64,000 nucleotides of DNA, taken from Azolla caroliniana (Eukaryota > Plantae > Polypodiophyta). Positions 24,661 through 37,700 of this stretch are shown piece after piece. The stretch lies in contig JBHGNT010000014.1 in assembly GCA_043228905.1 (NCBI GenBank), positions 9,734,001-9,798,000 on the forward strand, in the 5' to 3' direction. Every line of letters begins with the position of its first letter. The stretch's first letter is position 1. Under the pieces are notes generated by a model. The model was given only the letters and a program-made list of their open reading frames with translations. It made no database searches and was not told the DNA's origin. The translations under genes and the position numbers were made by a program.

Positions 24661-26103
24661 ATTCGATCGGATGAGAATCGGAGGAGTAGGATCGGATGAT
24701 GCCGAAGGAAGGAACCAGACCAGACGGATCCGGTGTGTGAACTAGATTTGAGGACATATTTATAAATATGTTTATGATGTGTCTGTCATGGGTATATTTG
24801 TAAATAGTCCTAAAGTCATATCAATATAAATATGACATAGGGAAATCACTTTGTATATGTTGTTATTATGTGTTGTAAAGAGCGTGGAGAGATAGAGAGA
24901 GAGATACAAAAAGGATTTTTTGTTGTAACCGCCTGTTTGGCGAAGGCATAGAGCTTGAGGTCGTTGCTTTGAGTCTCGTGTTGTAACCTTTTCTTCTCAT
25001 AGTGATAGTTGGAGTCTGTGGGCTCTTGTGGTTTTTCCCTATTAGGGTTTTCCACGTTAACATCCCGCGTCCTCTCTGTTGTTCGTGTAAGTGTATTAAT
25101 CTCCATTTCTATTTAGATCTTCCATTAAGTTCAGCTTGGTTGTGGCCGAGCGTCTATGTAAAAGAATATGATGTGCGGAAGCGTGCGTAAAAGACACAGA
25201 GTATATAGTTGATGTTCAGAAACACAACAGTTCGGTAAATGCAGAGAACAGAGAGAATGAGAGAGACAGAGAGACAGAGAGAGAGCAGACACAAACTTAT
25301 ATTAAGAGGAATAACGTTCTGTACATACTTCGTGCTCGGTGAGCACTTTTTATACAAGCCCTGACGAGTGGGTTGACACAAGCACTGTTAGTACTTGAAT
25401 GCTCATAAGGGAGCCTAGCACTAATTTTGCGTACAATATTCCTATTTACTATACTAGGAATATAGTCTATTAACGGCCTACCTGAGTTGCTCACCACACG
25501 GTTCTCAGTTCTCAATCCTATGGACAATTTGGGTCTCCCCGATCGGTCTTCAACCGATTTGGTTCTCGGCTTCTTCAACCGCTCGACCCGAGTTGAGCTT
25601 GCTCGCTCAACACTTCCCCTCAAGTTGAACTTGAGGTTCCGCCGTGTCAGCTTCAACTGGTTCATCACTCCAACATCCTTTCTTGGCGCTCCTATGTCTC
25701 GCTCGCGCTCCTCGTCCCGTTTGATCTTGCATACCACGACTCTTCCGGTCTGACGCTCCTCGACTCGTCTAGTTCTGTGCACCTCCACTTCTATGGTCGG
25801 TTTGTTTGCTGTCTTGGCCCTTATCTGCTTCTTCGCTACTGCCGTGTAGGTGCCTCTTGACACGTTGGCTCCTTCGTATTGATGTCAACTTCTACTACCC
25901 TTCTTCCAGCGTGGCCCATCGATTCGGCTCTTCCAAATCGAACATTTCGATTGAATCGGATGACTCCGATTCACTTCGTCTCTTTATCGAATCGGGTGAC
26001 TCCGATTCGTCCACTTCCAGACCCTTGACGACATTTGCCCATGTCTTGCTCTTGGTCTTCACTCGGTCGCCTCTGTCCTCCGCGACTCTGCCACCGTTCT
26101 TGC

Positions 26104-26282
26104 TAGCAAAAGGTTTAAAAGTTTTGAAGGTTTAAAGGTTTATAGGTTTGGTTTGGTTTTGATTTATGATAAACTGATTTGGTTTGGTTTAAATGGCTTC
26201 ATAAAATTTAAACAGTTTGGTTTGGTTTGGTTTCAAGGCCAAGAAATCGAACCGAATCGAAACCAAACCGCGCCCATTGCTA
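26104..26282. mobile_element. hAT-type MITE (179 bp), 8-bp TSD GTTCTTGC
   Basis: TSD at 26096-26103 and 26283-26290; termini TAGCAA...TTGCTA; internal GGTTT/AAACC subterminal repeats. Confidence 0.88.
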
Positions 26283-27981
26283 GTTCTTGCCCTTCATGAC
26301 TTTTCTTCCCCTTGGTTCGGTTTGTTTTGGCCTCCTCCTGCATCTAGCTATCCTACGATTAGCCGGTCTTCTTCCATCTGTCCACACGTCCACGACTTCT
26401 TTGGCCTAGTTGGACATACTGACTTCTTCAGTCGGACCGAAATTGAATTCATCATCAGGCTCGCGCTTTTGGACTTTGTGTCTCTCTGCTCCTTCTTCAC
26501 TCCTCCCCCTCAAGTTCGGCATCTCTATATGTTGAAGGCCAAGCATACCTGAAAAATGTCGCAACATGTCGAAACCGAGAGGTTTGGTGAAGATATCGGC
26601 AACCTGCCGATTAGTCGGAACATGGACTAGTTCGACTTCTCTAGAGAGGACTCGCTCGCGGACAAAATGATAGTGCACCTTGATGTGCTTTGTCCGGGCG
26701 TGGAAGACAAGGTTCTTCACTAATTGGATACTACTGAGGTTGTCACAATAGATTACTGTTGGCTCGAACACCTCCACATGTAGATCTCGTAATAGCCTTT
26801 TTAGCCAAATGACTTCCCATGTAGCGACAACCACACCTCGATACTCGGCCTCCGTGCTCAACAGTGCCACTGACAGTTGCTTTTTACTGCTCCATGCGAT
26901 CGCAACACTTCCCAATGAAAATGCATATCCAGATGTTGATTTGCGATCCGCCGGCATTTCCAACCATATCAACATCCGTGTAGTTGACTAACTGCTCGCC
27001 TACTCCTGCCTGATATAGCAACGCCATGTCCATAGTGCCGCTGACACTATTGGCCGTAGCAGCCATCTCCATCGCGGCACGCCAATTAGCGTCTTTTGCT
27101 GCTTCTACATAGTTCTTCGGCTCATGCACGTCAGCCACTTTCCCCATATACGTGTAATGATGTGCCATATACTCATTATACCCGTATCTCTTGACGGGGT
27201 TCTTTAGGTGGGTGGATCAGTGTAATTCTTGATTTGCCGATTTTGCGGCCTTCTCGGCCGATTTCAACCTCTTCCTCGGAGGTTCCTTTTCGACTGGTTT
27301 GGAGTTAGATTCACTATGATCTGCTCAGCACGTCCAGTATCGTACTCATGCATCTTCTTCTTTCCCTTCTCCTTGCGCGTAAACCGTCTCCTCGATTCCT
27401 TGCGCGGGGCTATATAGTCGAGTCTTCACTACTCGATGACTCTTCACTCGGCTGATCATCTCGGTTCAGCCCTTCATTCAGCCAACTTAGCCAAATGAGA
27501 TCAGACTCTCTCTCAGAGCTCCGATTTCCTCACTATGCGGAGGCATCTTCGCCTCACTAGCTTCATCCATAGAATTCGGAATGGAGTGCATGGGGGTAGG
27601 TGGTGAAGGCAAGTACCACTAAGCTGACTCGTCGAACATGACATCTCGGCTCACTCAGACCTCTTTTGTTCGCGGGTTATAACATTTATAACCTTTTTGT
27701 TCGTTTGAGTAGCCAAACAAGATACACTTTTTGGCTTTCGCATCTAACTTCATTCGTTTCTCCTTCGGCATGTCTACATACGCTATACTGCCGAAAACCC
27801 TTAAGTGTGCCAAGTTCAACTTCTTCCTGAGTATGACTCATGTGGTGATACTTCTCCATTTGCAGAAGTCTGATTCTCCAGGTAAACAACCGTCTTCATG
27901 GCTTCAACCCAATAAAATTTCGGCATATGCTTCTCTTCGAGCATTGCCCTAGCCGCCTCTTCAATTGTTTGATTCTTCCAC

Positions 27982-28948
27982 TGTCGTGAAGATCCGTCAC
28001 TAGGCGCGGATCGCGAGGCGGAATTGCCAGGGTTCTAGACCGAAAGGACTCGAAGTTTGCACAAGCTTTAGCGGGAAAGGAATTAAGATAGATTGAAAGA
28101 CAGAGAGATTGAAATAAGAACTCTTGACTTTAGATTTCAAGACATGCATAAAATACATGTTTGCCATTTGGCGCTCATGTATTACATGTGGTGCATGATA
28201 ACCATGTCACTCATTTTAGCTCTCATGTATGAGAATTTATATGTAAAAGTAAAATGATAGAAATATAAATTCAACTAAATGTCATGGCTTAGTGGTAAGC
28301 CTATTGATACTCTTTACTAGGAGGTGCAAGGTTCGAATCCTTACTTGCCCTCCTTGTATATATATATATATATATGTGATATTTATTTATTAATTTGGTT
28401 GCTGGTTGCCGGATGCCGTCGACTACCGCCGGATGCCGGTGCGCCGCTGGATGTCGGTTCCACCAGCTCGTTGGCTCTGTCTCCGTTGGATGAAGGTTCC
28501 ACCGGATCGCCATCGTCGCTTTGCCAGCTGCCTCCGGATCACTAGCTCCATCGCTGATCCGGTTTTGGTTGGCCAAAACCTTTACAAGTAGCTAGGCCAC
28601 CTCCACTATTAGTTCAAGTTACCTTGAACTCTCTATGCTCCACACATAGACACAAAGATAATAACTTTTGCTCCACCTTATATATGGTGAGAGCCTTATT
28701 CGTCCTGTCTATGTGGGATATCTCATAATTTTCTCTTTTTCTTTCGCAACTTCTTACCCACATAAGTTGACACTTAGATGTCTGTTTCTTATGTAGTAAA
28801 GTGCACCTCTTCAAGATCTTCGTCTTTTATACTAAGATATTAAACTTACTTAGAATTAGTATATTCACTATTATTGTTTTATATGATTGACACTTGATTC
28901 TGTACGTTTTATGTGATTTTCACACCATTGCTGAAAATCTTCTCGACA
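27982..28948. mobile_element. Solo Gypsy-family LTR (967 bp) inserted in a Copia integrase
   Basis: Termini TGTCGTGAAGAT...ATCTTCTCGACA, like the LTR at 41131-41983. Removal restores the ...ERKNQT integrase motif. Flanks CCAC/TCGC are compatible with a decayed 4-bp TSD CCGC. Confidence 0.85.
28285..28340 (+). promoter_or_regulatory. tRNA-like RNA polymerase III internal promoter (box A plus box B) inside an LTR
   Basis: TGGCTTAGTGG (28285-28295) and GGTTCGAATCC (28330-28340), starts 45 nt apart. D-stem GGCTT/AAGCC and T-stem AAGG/CCTT pair; acceptor and anticodon stems do not. Confidence 0.75.
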
Positions 28949-31900
28949 TCGCTCGATCACGTCATTCTATTGCGGCGTGTATCTATAGGAGAATTTGTGT
29001 TGAATTCCTTCCTTTTGCAGATAACTTGAGAACTGGTCGGAGAAGTACCCCTTTCTGCTATCGGTCCTAAGAAATTTGATTTTATGGCTTGTCTCCCGTT
29101 CGGAAAGGCTCTTCACCTTTAAGAAATAGGAGAAGACTTCGCTTTTTCTACTCTATCGTGCATGCCCAGGTATGCCGAGTAAAAACGTCGATGAAAGTCA
29201 TGAAATATCGGCTCCCACCAAGACTCACGTTTTGTGTCGGTCCCCATACATCCGAATGGATTATATCAAACTTGTTTCGGCTCTGATTTCTTTCATTTGG
29301 GAATGGAAGTCAGTGATGCTTCCCTAATTGGTAGGCTTCACAGTCTTGGCCCGTTCGGCTATAGAATTTTGGTAAGCCGAAAACAATGTTTTTCGTCTGT
29401 ATCTCTCAAAGCTGTGGGAAGTTGAAGTCACCAAACCACTTGTGCCATAGGTCGATATCTGATTTGACCTTTCGCACTTTCGCAAAGATAACAGTGCCTA
29501 CGTCATTGGTCTCGAGGAAGAACATCCTCCCTTCTCGGTGCCCTTGCGCGATTATCTTGCCTTCCTCTTCTATGAAGCACCCAAGATGAGTATATCGAAC
29601 TTGCATGCCTTGGTCGACTATCTGTCCGATTGACACCAAATTTTTGGAGACTGTTGGCACATGCAAGACATTTCTCATGATTCCCTTCTGGCCGACATGG
29701 CTGAGAGGGACATCTCCAATATGTTCAATGGGGTGAGGTGTGTCATCACCAGTTTTGACGACCCTCGGCTACTCCGGCTTTTCAGAGTCGAGAACCACTC
29801 TTGGTGATTCTTCATGTGGTTCGATGCTCCCAAATCCACATACCATACCTCCTTCGACCTCGAGGTATTCACCGCCATCGAATTGGCTTTGTGCTTCATG
29901 ACGAAGGTAGGGCCCGTACAGGCTTCTCTGACGCCTATCTGCGTCTCCTCGGCTCGATCCGACCTTGTTCGAATCGGTTCATTTCTTCCAGCACTCGCTC
30001 TCTGTGTGGCCCTTCTTGCCACAATACCAATAGTCAGGTGCAGTTTTCCCTTGCTAGCTCCCGGCGTCGCCTTGGCTCTCCCCACTTGCGGAGTGTTTGG
30101 AACTGTTGTCGGCATTCCGATTATGCCGTAAAATCTGCTCTTGTCGGTCGCCTACATTGTGTGCTGACCCGCCTTGTCCACCAAGACCATGGGGCCTCTT
30201 TACCTTCGTATACAACATTTTGTTGTCGGCGTGCGTACTCGTCGACTCACCCACGTGGTTTTCTTCTACGAGCAAGATCAATTGAAGCTCGAAAAACGAC
30301 GACGTGTTCTTCCTCGTGCAGACCGCCATTCAGAATGCTCCGAACTTAGATGCTAACCCTCTAAGGTAAACCTGCACCATTTCATTCTCCTTGACGTTCA
30401 CGTTGACGGAGGTGAGGGAGTCGTAAATCTCCTTGATTTGGGCTGTATAATCGACCATAGACAGATCTTTTGGCCAGACATTGCTTAGCTCCTGCTTGAG
30501 CTAAAATTTCCTGGCTGTCGTGCTGGTTACGAAAATCCTTTTGAGATTCTCCCACGCATCCTTTGGCGTCTTGGCATTCTGAATGTAGCTCAAGAGCTAA
30601 TCGCTCACACAGAATGCAAAATAGTAGAGAACTCTGCTTGTCACCTGTTCTAAGGCTCGGAAGTCTCTATGTGTCGATTCGGGTGTTGCATCATTAGCTC
30701 CTTCAACATAACTCTAGTAGCCATGGCCAAGCACGTACTTGTGCATCTTGAACAACCAAGATGCATAGTTTCTCCTATCGAGCTTTTCTGTCAGAAGCAA
30801 GCTTCCCATTCCTTTGTCCATATTTCTATCATATCTTTTCCAAAAGCGAGAAAACTTGACTCTGTCTTGAGTGCTTGCTTTTCTGTCGGGTGCGGAGGAG
30901 TCTAAACCCTCACGCTCTGATACCATGTAATAGAATACGATGTGCGGAAGTGTGTGTAAAACACAAAGAGTATACAGTTGATGTTCGGAAACACAACAAT
31001 TCGGTAAATGTAGAGAACACAGAGAATGAGAGAGAGAGAGAGAGAGAAGACACAAAATTATATTAAGAGGAGTAATGCTCTGTTACTCATACTTTGGGCT
31101 CAATGAGCAGTTTTTATACAAGCCCTAACGAGTGGGCTAACACTAATTCTACGTACAATATTCCTATTTACTATACTAGGAATATAGTCTATTAACGGCC
31201 TACCCGAGTCCCTCACCACACGGCTCTCGATTCTCCATCCTATGGCCGATTTGGGTCTCCCTGATCAGTCTTCAACCGATTTGGTTCTCAGCTTCTTCAG
31301 CCGCTCGACCCGAGTTTAGCTTGCTCGCTCAACTGTCTATTCCACACAAACTGATATCAGAGCAAGGTTCTAAACCTTGAAGAAAATGGAAGAGTCATTC
31401 AGAAGCATGTTCAAGGTCACCAGCTCCAACTACCGAGTGTGGAAGTCGAAGATGAGGGACATGCTCATGGTCAAAGATCTCTGGCTGCCGGTACAGTTCA
31501 GGGACATGAAACCGGACAAGATCGATGCCACGATGTGGGAGGTGATGCATATGAAGATGAGGGTATACATTAGATGCTTCATTGACATGAGATTGTACAA
31601 AAAATTTAATGAAGAAAGTAAGGCGCACATGCTCTAGGAGAAAATCGGTACCATGCTGGAGAGTAAAAACGTCGTAAATCGGGTTTCAGTATTCCGGAAG
31701 TTAGTGAGACTTCGGTACCAGGACAGATCCAGCATGGCGGAGCACATGAATGTATTCGAGGGGTTCATAAATCAAACAACCTCACTAGAAGTACCTCAAG
31801 CCAATGAGGTACTTGTATTGGTCCTGCTTGGTTCTGTCCCGGATAGTTTGGAGACGCTAGTTGTCACCTTGGGTAACGTTGGGCCGGAAGGAAAGGAGTT

Positions 31901-34716
31901 GTCCCTAGCAAGGGTAAAATCGGAACCAGTGGTAGCGTTGATTGACCACGGGTCGGAAATCAACCTGATGTCTATGGACTTCTAGGGGAAAATGGCCGAT
32001 CAACACAAAACACGGGTGGAAGATACGTGCGACTACGAGAGCCACGGAAAAACTACACAGGGCTTGCCCGAACGTCAAAGTGAGCGTCGAAGACGTCGAC
32101 ATAAACCATCACTTTTTCGTGCAAGAGACATCTTCCCACCTCGTCATCCTCGGCGAACCATACATCATGGCGGCGAGAATGGAGACGAAAGTGCTGGACA
32201 ATGGCTCGGCTTACGCACGGGGGAAAAGTCAAGATGGTTGTCATTCCGTCCAGTTTTTGACGGTGAGGAAGAATCACGAGTGGAACCGGGACACCCTCGG
32301 AAATAACGACCGGGTGGATTTTTAGAAAGGGCTATCAAGGCATGGGGCCGCGATAGTCCGAATGGCCGGAAAATTCCCCACATCGGTAATATAGGTAGGA
32401 AAATTTTGTTCTCCGACAACAGGGGTTGTGCCATAACTGGCATTAATGGCCGAGAAAGGAAACGGGCCGAGATGTGCTTAAAGGTGTGCGGAGCCTTGAC
32501 CCACGACGAAAGGATTGGGGAAGCCGTGGAGGCGGTCTCGTTTGATGACACCCTTGGAGAAATCGGGAGGGTAGTCGAAGGAGGCCTGAGTGAAGACGGG
32601 GTCATACCGGTCAACTTGGTTGACATGTACGAAGTCATTGCGGACTTTGAAAGGGAAACTAGGGCGCATCAGATCACTCGAGTAGACACCAAGTACAAGA
32701 CTGTGGACCGGAAGGTGAAGCCCGTCACAAATCCCTTACTTGAGGGCAGTTGGGAACGAATAAAGGGGGTCGCTACCGACCCCAGCTTGCGAGATCCGGC
32801 TGGCATAGGACACCGTTTCACCGACAAAACGCTATGAGAGCTGAAGATTGGTGGGGGTGGCTTCCTATTGCCGGCGGAAGAGGACCGGTTCAGGAGGATG
32901 CTCGAGAGACACGGGAAAGCCTTCGCATTCTCGCCGGGAGAGATCGAGTGCGTCGACCTGAACATTGTTGAACCGATGGTGATCTTTATGGTGCCGCATG
33001 TGCCGTGGAGTCTCAAACTGATTCAGGTACCGAAAGCTCACATGTCGATTCTGATGGAGCTCCTTAAGTAGAAAGTGGAGTTGGGCATCCTCGAACTGTC
33101 GAGTGCCCCTTACTCTAACCGGTGGTTTACGGTACCGAAAAAGAATGGTACGTTGCGCTTCATCCAGGAACTACAACCGTTCAATAAAGTGACCATCCAC
33201 AATACGGGAGTCGGACCGTCAATCGATGAGTTCGCGGAAGCCTTGGTTGGAAGGTCCATATACTCGGTCGGAGACCTATACTCGGGGTACGACCAATTCC
33301 AGCTAGCTGTAGAAAGCAGGGACATCATGATGATGTGAACCCCTCTTGGCCTAGTTCAGATGTGCACCCTACCACAGGGAGGAACCAACTCGGTGGTACA
33401 CATGGTGAACGCAATGAACAGAGTTATGAGGGACTACATCCTGGACATCACCATGCCATTCCTAGACAACATCCCTATAAAGGGATGTTTGGAGGACACG
33501 AAGGATGAGTCGATCGGAGCAGACGAGTGCTGAAGGTTTGTCATGGACCACATCTCTGACTGTGAGAAGATACTATAGAGGCTCGAGGGCGCGCAGCTTA
33601 CCTTCTCTGGGGAGAAGTCGGCCTTCAGACAGCCAGAGATCTTAGTGGTTGGCCACCTATGGGGGTCGTACGGTCGGAAGCCATCCCCGGCCAAGGTAGA
33701 GGCCATCACGGCAATGAAGGAGGAGTGTGGATCCATCACGGAGGTCTGGTGTTTCTTGGGAGCATGCGCCTTCTACCACATATGGATCCCTCATTACGCG
33801 CACATCGTCGAACCACTCTACGGCTTGCTAAAGAAGAGCAAGAAATTCAAATGGGCAGAAGAACATACCGAGGAGTTTTGGAGGCTAAAACGAATGCTTA
33901 CCGTAGCACCAGCTTTGTGCAAGGCAGTATACACATTAGGTGGACACCAACCCAACCGGAATTGGGTGGGTTGTAAATCAGGAGGACGAAAATGGCACGC
34001 GCTTCCCTATCTAGTTCGGTGCGAAGGTATTGAGCGAGCGACAGTGAGGATACACCCAAGTCAAGCGCGAACTATGGGGTATCGTTTCGGCGGTTAAGGT
34101 CGACAAGGACTACTTAATCGGGACAGAAGTAATCATAGAAACGAACTACCTGCCGATTCTCGGTATGGTCTCTAGATGCGCAACTCCTGACCTGGCCATG
34201 CTCAGGTGGATTGCGTACATCAAGTCCCTGAACCCAGAGATATGACACATATCAGAAAAAGACAACGCCATGGCCGATATGCTTTCTAGAGTGAGGTTCG
34301 AGAACGAGGACGGCATGGTATCGGAAGACGAAGAAGTCGGTGCGGACTTCTTCAAATCGGCGAGGGCGGGGGTAAAAAGGCGAAGCACTCCGCCCCTAAA
34401 CGAGTTCGACGAGGATGACTACGACGGGGAGTGGCTTCTAAGTGGGAGATTCCTTAAAACAATGATGATGGATGCCTCGATGACTAGGGAAGAAGCAAGT
34501 CAGCTCCGGAGAAAGGCATACTGGTACTTCCTGCGGAACGGGAAAATCTAGAGGTTCCCGAAGAGGCGAAATGATGCGTTGCTCCGAGTAATAGTGCGGG
34601 CGGAGGATCAAGGGAGACTAATGTCAGAATTCCACAAAAGCCCTTGGGTCGGGCACCGGGGTACATGGGCCACATTCAAGAAGCTAAAGGAGAAATACTG
34701 GTGGCCAGGCATATAT

Positions 34717-37700
34717 TGTTGAGAAGCACGCTCAACAAAGGTATGGGATGCTTATTGAGAAATAAGCTATAGTAGCTATTAGCTAATTAGCTACTAGTGG
34801 ACATAAAGGTGAAACAGCTATTTAGCTATGCACAACTATTTAGCTACTGACAGCTAATTAGCTGCATATATAAGTCACTTATAACTTAGGTAAAAAGTAA
34901 GTAGAAAAGTAGAAGTGTAGAATAGTAAGTAGAAGAGTGAGAGTAGTGTAGAGAGTAGTAAGACCAGAAAACTGACGAGAGCAAGTTGAGCTCTGCATGT
35001 AATGAAGTAGAAGCTTTTGGACTGTGCAAAGGTAAGTCTCTTTCCCCCTTCTTTTCTGTCTTGAGTACTAAACGGTCCAGCACATCACGATCTGTTGTGC
35101 ACACAGAAGAGTCGTAGCGCCTTCGTAACATGGTATCAGAGCAGAGTTGCTCGTAAAGAAGATTAGAACAGTATAGAGATCTGAGAAGTTTGTTTCTGGT
35201 TGCTAATTTGAATAAGAGAGAGTTGTCTGTGAAGTTAACCCTAAATGAAAGAGAAAATGGCTATAAAGAATGCAAGCCAAATAGTTACAGAAAAACTGGA
35301 TAAAAACAGTTTCCCAGCATGGAAATTCAGAATGACAAACTTCCTTATGGGGAAAGGATACTAGGATTATATTGAAGGAGACATACAAGAGGCTCCAGAG
35401 ATCCCTGAAGAAAATGCATCTACTGCAACAAATTAAAGCATTTAAGGAATGGAACCAAGGGGCAAGAAAGGTATTGCATTGGTTGTCACTTAGCATCTCA
35501 GATTCAATGCTTGGACACATACAAGATGTTATGCTTCCAAAAGAAGCTTGGGACAGTTTAGTAAAACTGTTTGTAGTGAATACAAAGGCAAGAAAGCTTC
35601 AGTTGAAGATTGAGCTAAATACCTTGGAAAAAGGTAAGATGTCAGTAAATGAGTATGCTCTGAAAATAAAGAGCATATGTGAATCACTTGCTTCTATCAA
35701 TGTGAAGGTAGAAGATGATGATAAGGTGGAAATATGCTTAAGAGGTTTAGGACCTCAATATAAAAGCTTCAAAACATCTATTCTCACAAGGGATAGCATC
35801 CCAAGTTTTCCAGATCTGGTTTCAATGCTTGTAGTAGAAGAAAGAAATCAAATGGATGATGTAAACAAAGCAAACTTAGAGAATGAGGGACAAGCCCTCT
35901 ACAATAGTGCTAGAAGAGGCCGAGGAAGAGGCCATGGAAGATTTGGTTCAGCTAGAACCAACAATAATAGTTATCAAGGAAGAGGACAACAAACCATTAG
36001 TGGAAGAAACAACATCAGAGGCAGGGGGAGCAATTGAGGCAGAGGTAAGCAAAATTATTCAAATGATGATGGTTGTTGGTATTGTGGAAAACCAGGCCAC
36101 ACACAGGCTGAATGTTATAAAAAGAAAAATGATGAGAAAAGAGAGAATAGACAGTAAAATAATTATGCCTCAACCAGTGAAGACTGTGATAAAGATGGTG
36201 CATTTGTGATGCAACATGAAACAACAGCAATGGCTAAATGTTCACAGAGATGCAATGAAGAGTTTATGTGGTATGTAGATTCTGGGGCATCTAATCATAT
36301 GACAGGACATAAAAACTGGTTTGAAAGTCTAAGAGAACCAGATATTCCTGGTTATGTACAGACAGGTGATAATACTACTCACCAAATAGAGCATGTTGGA
36401 GATATCCCATTGTGGGAAGAAAAAGGAAAAACAAAGTATATGCTAAATGTGATGCATGTTCCAAACCTTGCAAAAAATCTAATTTCTGTTGGACAGATAG
36501 TAGAGCAAGGAATGCAGGTTAAATTTAAGCAAAGTGGATGCTTCATGGAGAAAAATGGAAAGCTCATTGCAAAAGGAAAACGAGAAGGATGTTTGTGTTA
36601 GATGTGGATATGCCTAGGAAGATTACAGCCATGTTTACAGAAGGAATGAGTGTAATCTCAGAAGTGGAAATGTGGCATAAAAGAATTAGTCACATAAGTA
36701 TGCAAACATTGAAAAATATGTTGAGGAAAGATGTAGTGGCTAGACTGCCTAAGTTGAAAGACTGTGAGATGGGAAAAATATGTGAAGCATGTCAATATGG
36801 AAAGCAAAACAGGTTGCCTTTCCCTCATGAAAGACATGTAAGCCAAAATTTGTTGGATTTGGTACATACAGATGTATGGGATCCAACAAAAAATGCATCA
36901 ATTAGTGGATGTAAGTTTTATGTAACTTTCATTGATGATTGCTCAAGAAAAACGTGGGTTTACTTCATGGAAGAAAAAAGTGAAGTATTTGATTGTTTCC
37001 GTAAGTTTAAATGTATGGTGGAAAAGCAGGCTGGAACTAGGATAAAATGCTTAAGATCTGATGGAGGAGGAGAGTACTCCTCAAATGAGTTTTCTAATTT
37101 TCTATGCAATTAAGGAATAAGAAGACAGTTCACATGTAGATATACTCCACAGCAAAATGGAGTTGCTGAGAGAAAAAACAGAACTCTGGTGAACATAGCA
37201 AGAGCCATGATGACAGAAAAAAATATGTCATTGTATTACTGGGCAAAAGCTGTAATAGGTGTATAAATAGGTGTATAACATCTGGAGTACATGAGGTAAC
37301 TCCTGAAGAATGTTTCTATGGCAGAAAGCCGAGTTTAGGACACTTAAAAGTGTTTGGATGCCTTGGCCATGTTCATGTACCTGCTGAGGTGAGAAGTAAG
37401 CTTGATCCAAAAGCTGAAAAATGTATTTTTGTTGGATATTCAGAGGTGCGAAAGGGTATAGATCCTATAACCCTTTGACAAAAAAGATTGTGGTAAGTCT
37501 AGAGGTAATATTTGATGAGTTGGGCAGCTGGTACAACCCAAAACAAAATGTAGAAACTGATGAAGACTGTGAAAATGAAGATAGAGAAAAATCTGAAAAT
37601 GTAAGAGATAACCACAGAGATGGAAGCAATGTTGGACAACAAAGTTCAACATCAATGGAATGTACTGGATCATCTGGAAGCTCAGTTAGTAAATTTGAAT

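Larger units (their letters stand above)
25157..31334 (-). mobile_element. Two-LTR decayed Ty1/Copia with RT deleted; TSD GTCTA
   Basis: LTRs 30926-31334 and 25157-25612; PBS 30914-30925; PPT next to 25613; GTCTA at 25152-25156 and 31335-31339. Gag TEKLDRRNYASW, protease WYVDLGASNHM, integrase, RNase H (STEAEY...ARTKHIKVHYHFVRE). Confidence 0.92.
24750..31921 (+). mobile_element. Copia 5' end whose LTR (~24750-25156 plus 31340-31351) was split by the 25157-31334 element; PBS 31352-31363; gag 31387-31921
   Basis: Removing 25157-31339 rejoins ...GAGCGTCTA|TTCCACACAAAC TGATATCAGAGC. Gag reads MFKVTSSNYRVWKSKMRDMLMVKDLW...LLGSVPDSLETLV. Confidence 0.75.

Noticed and set aside
28278-28350. Functional tRNA gene
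   Set aside because: No acceptor stem or clear anticodon arm, and it lies inside an LTR; treated as a tRNA-like module instead.
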